From IMG/VR virus record IMGVR_UViG_3300037400_002076, positions 7,717-71,716 of that record: a DNA stretch of 64,000 nt, one strand, 5' to 3'. The notes beneath the pieces are model-generated. The model saw only the letters and a program-made list of their open reading frames with translations, was not told the DNA's origin and searched no databases. Position 1 is the stretch's first letter. The number at the start of each line of letters is the position of its first letter. Below are positions 30,510-35,809 of this stretch, piece after piece. This stretch comes from a virus (Duplodnaviria; Caudoviricetes). Position numbers and translations under genes: made by a program.

Positions 30510-31971
30510 GATCTACCTCTAACAGATTTGCAAAGATTGCCTGTAATACGTTAACCACGATGGAATTACCTGCCATTTTATAAAGCTGTGTGTTACTGAT
30601 TCCCTTTACGCTATCAAAATCTTCGTCGTTAAATCCCATTAAACGCCAACATTCTCTAGGGGTTAATTTCCTTATTCTTAATTCTGGATTGCATTCCGTA
30701 ACCTTTAATCCGTATCGTTCAGCACGTAAGGTAGGCACAGTTTCGTCATAAATTCTAAGTTCATCACAAAACCCAAGAGTATCATCAACTATTTTAGGCT
30801 CAACAACATAATTGTCTTTGCCAACAGTTGTCAGAGTATTGCTTATTCCCTGAGTATTAACCTCTAATCTCTGTTCGGTAGGTAAACCTGTTGTTCTATC
30901 GCTAGGGTTGTCAGGATTACGACCTCTGCTTGCTGCGATGATAGGTTCAGTTATCAACGGCATACGATTACCACCCTGTGCCGTCTGTAAAGTAGGTGAT
31001 AAACCACTCGCATTGTATACGTTACCTGCCCTGGCGCCGCCTGCGTTCTCGTCATATAGATTGCCTAATCTGTCTACATGAGGTTCTTCAATTTTCTTTG
31101 GTAATTCTTCACTGCTGTTTATACCCGGTGGAACAAGCATAACCTTTGTCGGATCTTTATAATCGGTTGCGGCTAAACATCTCGATATGCCGTTTACATC
31201 AAAAACCCAACCTTTCTGACCGCCAACACCTAAATGACCTAGTGCCATGATCTTATTCTCACCACTGATGTTAGGTGAATACGTCTGCACTAAAGATTCG
31301 ATAAGTTTATCAGCACGTTCACTCTTGAGATAAAACTTCTCATCAACTTTCTGTTCTAACACGTCTTTTAATCTAATCAGTAATGGCATAGGCTGTGGAA
31401 AGAAAAAGTTATGATCGTCTACATCCTTGCGAATTGATACTATAAACACTCTTTCTCGATTCTGCGGAACGCCAAAATCTTTTGCGTTTAATATTTCAAC
31501 GTAATTGTTGTACCCGGCTTTCGATAACTCGTTTAATACTGTCATGTACTCTTTGACGAACTTCTTTGAGGTCAAAGCCTTTACATTTTCAACTATTGAA
31601 TATTTAGGTTGAACATCTTGTAATATCCTTAACCCCTCAAAGAACAATCCTGAACGTGTGCGATTTCCCTCGGAATCTTCAAAACCTTTCTGCTTTCCTG
31701 CAACGGAAATATCAGTACATGGAAATCCCCATGTCATTAAATCAATATCGTGCAGTTTAGAAGTATCGATAGTGGTTACATCTCGCAGGTTTAAATCTTC
31801 TGATACCTTGTGAATCATCGAATACGCCTTGCTTGCATACGGATCAATCTCACAATAATTCACTAATTCATAATCAACGTGCAAATTGCTTAACGCCTTT
31901 TCAAATGCACCAATTCCACTGAACAAACTTAATACTCTTAACATGTGCTTTTCCTTTAGTTTGTAAAACAT
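30502..31971 (-). CDS. DNA (cytosine-5) methyltransferase with expanded variable region
   Basis: LSLFSGIG, GFPCTD, ENV, QNRERVF, RKLTPRECWRLMGF, GNSIVV; start may be ATG 31944. Confidence 0.95.
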   Translation of the reverse strand: MFYKLKEKHMLRVLSLFSGIGAFEKALSNLHVDYELVNYCEIDPYASKAYSMIHKVSEDLNLRDVTTIDTSKLHDIDLMTWGFPCTDISVAGKQKGFEDSEGNRTRSGLFFEGLRILQDVQPKYSIVENVKALTSKKFVKEYMTVLNELSKAGYNNYVEILNAKDFGVPQNRERVFIVSIRKDVDDHNFFFPQPMPLLIRLKDVLEQKVDEKFYLKSERADKLIESLVQTYSPNISGENKIMALGHLGVGGQKGWVFDVNGISRCLAATDYKDPTKVMLVPPGINSSEELPKKIEEPHVDRLGNLYDENAGGARAGNVYNASGLSPTLQTAQGGNRMPLITEPIIAASRGRNPDNPSDRTTGLPTEQRLEVNTQGISNTLTTVGKDNYVVEPKIVDDTLGFCDELRIYDETVPTLRAERYGLKVTECNPELRIRKLTPRECWRLMGFNDEDFDSVKGISNTQLYKMAGNSIVVNVLQAIFANLLEVDHD

Positions 31972-31986
31972 AATGGTATTCTACTT

Positions 31987-32448
31987 TTAATTATATAGAG
32001 CGTCAAGCCATTCTTTTAATTCGTCGCTCAAATTTGATACAAAAATGTTATGTATGTAACAATTCCTAATCACGTTAAACTGCGATGTCTTATTCTTGTT
32101 CTCCTGCGGTAAAATGTTTATCACATGCCGTTCTATACCATCGTTAGCATTGTCGTGATTCTTCGCGAGTCGCCAAACGAAAAAATTTCTATAACCCCAG
32201 AATTTCAAATAGTCATAACAAGGGCTGATAACGTATATCTTCTTACCTGCTGTGGATATAACAAAGCCTGCGATACCCTCACCTTTTTGAGATCTCACTG
32301 CTATCACATCATTCTGAAACTTGTCGCCCTTTAAATTATCCAGGTCTTTTAATACGTCTATTTCAGTAGCGTTTAAAAAAGCTCTCATGCACTCTTCGTT
32401 GGCTAAAAAATTGTCTATAATATCTGTAAAATCAAACTGTATCTTCAT
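31987..32448 (-). CDS. Hypothetical protein
   Basis: 153 aa, coupled to the upstream gene. Confidence 0.75.
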   Translation of the reverse strand: MKIQFDFTDIIDNFLANEECMRAFLNATEIDVLKDLDNLKGDKFQNDVIAVRSQKGEGIAGFVISTAGKKIYVISPCYDYLKFWGYRNFFVWRLAKNHDNANDGIERHVINILPQENKNKTSQFNVIRNCYIHNIFVSNLSDELKEWLDALYN

Positions 32449-33520
32449 CTCTTAAATTCACCGCAATTGCGTTGTATAACAATTCGTATCTAACGTCGTT
32501 GTCAGTGATCCTCTCTCTATCTTTTAATAAACTCTCTATCCTTGCTAAACCTTTAATCTTATCCTTGAATACAAACACCTCACTCGGTATATTGTCAATG
32601 TAATAATTCATAATGTCTTTTTCAGGTATCAATGGCGAGTCTATTTCCTGTATAGCTGTAAATCCTGTATCTTTCGCAGATTCGTATCTGATCTCTATAT
32701 CAGTGTTCATACAACAGTATTCGCAAAACTCACTGACAGGATATTGCTTGAATTTGTTTTGAGATATGACACCACAAAATACCTTTGTATCATCTACGAT
32801 ATTATACGTCATGGCATACATGAACGCACCTAATAGCTCGTATATGCTGATAAAATTCCTCTGATATACGGTGTCTCTCTTACCTGTCTCTGTCGTGGTG
32901 ATTCTCATCGGACAACCTGTACTTAACGATAACTTGATGTTGTTCTGCAAACCTCGACAGTTATGATAGTATGGTAATGATCCTATAGGATTTGTAATTA
33001 TCATGTCAATAAACACAGTGTCAGCAAACAGCGATGATGATTGTATGATCTTCCTGCTGGCTAATTTACTCCATGAGTACGGATTCCAATCTTGCCCCTC
33101 ACATCTGTATGTACATGAATTTGCGTTTATAACTCGCTGTGGATTTAGCTTACTTGTCATTAACAACAGGTTGTACGTTATAAGCAGGTTAGTGCCTACA
33201 GTAGTAACAGGATCTAATATCGATTCGCTTATCTGGGTTAAGCCTGCAAGATTTATGATAAAACTTATCGTAATCCTCTGCTGTTTAATCCTAGACAACA
33301 GATAGCAAACTTCGTCTCGGTGAGTAAGGTCAACGATGTAATTATCCCATACGTTGTCGTGCTTGTGCTTTAAACTTCCCCATTCCTTTGGTCGCTTAAA
33401 TTCCTGCTTGTCTACTCCTATAACATTATAACCACATTGATACAGCATTTCACATATACTGCTGCCTAAATACCCTGCTGAACCTGTTACCAATACAGCG
33501 TTTTTATAGCCTTTACTCAT
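32432..33520 (-). CDS. NAD-dependent epimerase/dehydratase (GalE-like extended SDR)
   Basis: VLVTGSAGYLGS, INLAG, YSWSK (YxxxK), YQRNFISI. Confidence 0.85.
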   Translation of the reverse strand: MSKGYKNAVLVTGSAGYLGSSICEMLYQCGYNVIGVDKQEFKRPKEWGSLKHKHDNVWDNYIVDLTHRDEVCYLLSRIKQQRITISFIINLAGLTQISESILDPVTTVGTNLLITYNLLLMTSKLNPQRVINANSCTYRCEGQDWNPYSWSKLASRKIIQSSSLFADTVFIDMIITNPIGSLPYYHNCRGLQNNIKLSLSTGCPMRITTTETGKRDTVYQRNFISIYELLGAFMYAMTYNIVDDTKVFCGVISQNKFKQYPVSEFCEYCCMNTDIEIRYESAKDTGFTAIQEIDSPLIPEKDIMNYYIDNIPSEVFVFKDKIKGLARIESLLKDRERITDNDVRYELLYNAIAVNLRDEDTV

Positions 33521-33634
33521 ACTCTCACCTTTACTATAAAAAGAAAATTATCCTCAATCTTAACACATTTTCTGATGATAATTAAATTTTGATTCTTATC
33601 AACGTGATGTGCCTAGCAAAACACCTCAAAACTA

Positions 33635-33663
33635 TTGATTACTCAAGGGGTTTATGATACTAT
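33635..33663 (+). promoter_or_regulatory. Sigma70-type promoter with extended -10
   Basis: TTGATT-N17-TACTAT with TG at -15/-14. Confidence 0.6.
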
Positions 33664-33699
33664 TTCGATAATTTTATATTCATTTTATAAGGAAATTTT

Positions 33700-34134
33700 A
33701 TGAACGAAAATATTGCTGAAACAGGTGAAATTAACGACCCTACTCTCGATTACGAGGAACGTATAACCGAGGGCGTTACTATCAAAAAAGACAAAACATT
33801 AACCATCGAACAAAAGGTAGAACTCATCAAAGAAAAATCAGATGTCGCTGTTCGTCGTGTTTCTCGTAGATTAGACGAAATCAATACTTATCTGAATCAA
33901 ATTGACATCAGTCTTGAAAGCGTATGCGAATTGTTTTGCGATGTGCAGCATTTAGAAGATCCTATCGCTCTTATAACCTTACATCGTATCTGCAAGAAAT
34001 ACAAAAAACTGTTTGATAATTGGGAACAATTCTTCAAAGAGGATATTCACATGTGCCAGGAGCTTTCTAATCGATATGCAGATTTTAACGAAGCTGAAAC
34101 CGATAAGATAATTACGAAAAACCTTGAGCCATAA
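33700..34134 (+). CDS. Hypothetical helical protein, lone counter-oriented gene
   Basis: AAGGAA RBS, own promoter and terminator. Confidence 0.75.
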   Translation: MNENIAETGEINDPTLDYEERITEGVTIKKDKTLTIEQKVELIKEKSDVAVRRVSRRLDEINTYLNQIDISLESVCELFCDVQHLEDPIALITLHRICKKYKKLFDNWEQFFKEDIHMCQELSNRYADFNEAETDKIITKNLEP

Positions 34135-34162
34135 AAAATACCCCTCATAAAGAGGGGTAAAA
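34133..34162. terminator. Terminator hairpin between ORF 33700 and the RNA cluster
   Basis: AAAAAAT-ACCCCTC-ataaa-GAGGGGT-AAAA; best U-tract on the - strand. Confidence 0.65.
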
Positions 34163-34191
34163 CTTTGGAGCATATATATATGAAACAAAAA

Positions 34192-34265
34192 TGGATGCGA
34201 GAGATGGAGTCGAACCACCAACAGTAGCGTATGAGACTACCATGATACCTTTTCACTATCTCGCT
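34192..34265 (-). tRNA. tRNA with CAT anticodon (Met or Ile2)
   Basis: Cloverleaf: GTAGT-CTCATAC-GCTAC anticodon arm; GGTGG-TTCGACT-CCATC T arm; encoded CCA; A1:A72 mismatch. Confidence 0.85.
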
Positions 34266-34272
34266 GTGAACT

Positions 34273-34409
34273 TGGTTAGTGTGGATTCTATCGGCTGTAC
34301 CTTTCCGATCCTACCACTGTAATATTCATTACCCTATATCACGTGATTCAAGCGTTTAGATATATTACATTATCTTATCCACCGCAATTTTCTACGGTGG
34401 CTCTAACCA
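34273..34409 (-). ncRNA. 137-nt multibranch structured RNA (unknown)
   Basis: Closing stem TGGTTAG/CTAACCA; CCACCGTAG/TTGCGGTGG (G-U only on -); AGATA/TATCT; GTAAT/ATTAC; GTGG..ATCGG/CCGAT..CCAC. Confidence 0.55.
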
Positions 34410-34443
34410 TTAGTATATGCTATCAAACAATAACACATAGTAA

Positions 34444-34519
34444 TGGTGCTGATAGTAAGAATCGAACTCACAACCTTTTCATTACAAATGAACGGCTCTG
34501 CCTATTGAGCTATATCAGC
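34444..34519 (-). tRNA. tRNA-Thr(TGT)
   Basis: GCTGATA/TATCAGC acceptor; loop TT-TGT-AA; TTCGATT T loop; ACCA end. Confidence 0.95.
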
Positions 34520-34563
34520 AAATAATCAAAGTACACTAACGCCCTAAAATTGTGTATTTTAAT

Positions 34564-34572
34564 ATTATAACA
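34564..34572 (-). promoter_or_regulatory. Extended -10 promoter upstream of tRNA-Thr
   Basis: TGTTATAAT on the - strand. Confidence 0.5.
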
Positions 34573-34582
34573 TGTCAATGTA

Positions 34583-34656
34583 CTTTCCAAAACGCACTCG
34601 CTGAATACGCTTTGGAAAGAAGATCTTACGGATAATCGGGGGCGGGTAAGATCTTC
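34583..34656 (-). other. Tandem long hairpins
   Basis: GAAGATCTTAC/GTAAGATCTTC (11 bp) abutting CTTTCCAAAGCG/CGTTTTGGAAAG. Confidence 0.6.
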
Positions 34657-34693
34657 GTTCCTCACTTCCATGTGATTCTAAACAAAGCGTGAT

Positions 34694-34793
34694 CCTGCAC
34701 CTACAGGAAGAACTAACACATAATTAGTATACGTGGTTCTGTATCACACGCTTTGTCAAGTTTTATTTACCCACGAACTTGATAACGTGCAGG
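34694..34793 (-). ncRNA. 100-nt four-way-junction RNA (unknown)
   Basis: CCTGCAC/GTGCAGG closes three hairpins: TCAAGTT/AACTTGA, GCGTG/CACGT, ACTAA/TTAGT. Confidence 0.5.
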
Positions 34794-34843
34794 GGCGATT
34801 AACTGGTCCGCATTGTTAAGAGGCGCATAACCGCTCTATTATT

Positions 34844-34948
34844 TGGGGTGGGGCGTACAGGAATTGAACCTGTTATTACCTCCCTCTCTTTGTACTTAAA
34901 CAAAGAGAAGATAACGGAGATGATGATAACCATTGTCACTAACGCCCC
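34844..34948 (-). ncRNA. tRNA-like RNA with a hairpin-extended anticodon arm
   Basis: GGGGCGT/ACGCCCC acceptor; GTGA/TCAT D stem; ACAGG-TTCAATT-CCTGT T arm; 34 nt between ATCTC and GAGGT instead of 7. Confidence 0.7.
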
Positions 34949-35024
34949 CTAAAATGCCCGTTGATTAGCTGGCTCAACGGAAAGCCTTGATAACTTCCAA
35001 GCAATAAGCAAGGAGTCTAGGTAA

Positions 35025-35101
35025 TGGTGGGAGCATGTGGACTCGAACCACAACTTCAAACGATGATCACCCCGTTCCATCTACCAATTGTGTATACTCC
35101 C
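35025..35101 (-). ncRNA. tRNA-like RNA with an 8-nt anticodon loop
   Basis: GGGAGTA/TGCTCCC acceptor; TGTGG-TTCGAGT-CCACA T arm; ACCA end; AACGG-GGTGATCA-TCGTT. Confidence 0.7.
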
Positions 35102-35107
35102 TTTGTT

Positions 35108-35212
35108 TGGCATCCTCAGTCGGAATCAAACCGACAACACTAGAGATTTTAAGGATATAACCTAAAAATTATAACTCATTTATAAACTCTCATGTCGCAA
35201 ATCTGCGAGGAT
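35108..35212 (-). ncRNA. tRNA-like RNA with reduced D arm and 40-nt anticodon loop
   Basis: ATCCTCG/TGAGGAT acceptor; GCCA end; GTCGG-TTTGATT-CCGAC T arm; GAGA/TCTC stem around an AT-rich insert. Confidence 0.65.
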
Positions 35213-35405
35213 TTGGCTCGTGTAGCTAAACATTAAAGCGTAGCCATAAAAACTCTACACAGGATTACAGTGTTCACATCACTGCTCTCGTTTTACATGG
35301 TTTTCAGAAGATATATGTGAACGTATCTTCCTGCATTTAAATGTCTCTAGTCGCGCCTTTGTTGTCAAAGTGGTAAGAGATCTATTAGCCTTATTATATC
35401 ATAAG

Positions 35406-35480
35406 TGGCTGGGGTAGGTAGATTCGAACTACCGATGCAGGAATCAAAATCCTGTGTCTTAACCGCTTGACGATACCCCA
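35406..35480 (-). tRNA. tRNA-Gln(TTG)
   Basis: TGGGGTA/TACCCCA; CAGGA-TT-TTG-AT-TCCTG; TTCGAAT; GCCA end. Confidence 0.95.
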
Positions 35481-35486
35481 ATCATG

Positions 35487-35548
35487 TAGAAGCACTGACG
35501 GCGAAAAGTTTAAATTAGTCAGATATACCAAACCAATCAGCACTTCTA
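35487..35548 (-). ncRNA. Stem-closed RNA element in the cluster leader
   Basis: TAGAAGTGCTGA/TCAGTGCTTCTA forms 12 bp only on the - strand (two G-U pairs). Confidence 0.4.
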
Positions 35549-35662
35549 AATGATTTCTAGTTTTTTGTGCGAGAAACTAGAAAAACTCGTCGGAGTACAT
35601 ATATGAAAAATACAGATCACTTATATTTAGCCTGAGAATGATCAGCTCAGAGAACGTCTTTT

Positions 35663-35691
35663 ATTGTATCAACAATGATACTCGTTGTCAA
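35663..35691 (-). promoter_or_regulatory. Near-consensus sigma70 promoter driving the RNA cluster
   Basis: TTGACA-N17-TACAAT with extended TG. Confidence 0.75.
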
Positions 35692-35723
35692 AATTTTTTT
35701 ATTAAGATTTTGTGATGTAAATC

Positions 35724-35770
35724 AAAAAGCCTATCGCAAAGAATATTTACGTATTCTGGCGATAGGCTTT
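35724..35770 (-). terminator. Terminator after nrdD
   Basis: AAAGCCTATCGC...GCGATAGGCTTTTT long hairpin. Confidence 0.75.
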
Positions 35771-35809
35771 GTCTTTTTGACTGAATTACAGAAACATTAT
35801 ATCACACTT

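Noticed and set aside
34273-34409. MITE or miniature transposon (7-bp terminal inverted repeat)
   Set aside because: No target-site duplication or second copy; the internal strand-specific pairing fits an RNA better.
34844-34948. tmRNA or its tRNA-like domain (GGGG start)
   Set aside because: No G3.U70 pair, a D stem is present, and there is no tag ORF or pseudoknots.
34844-35212. Canonical tRNA introns (group I or archaeal BHB type) in the tRNA-like RNAs
   Set aside because: The inserts of about 27-33 nt are far too short for group I introns, there is no bulge-helix-bulge, and excision at 37/38 in 34844-34948 would not restore a Y-U-NNN-R loop.
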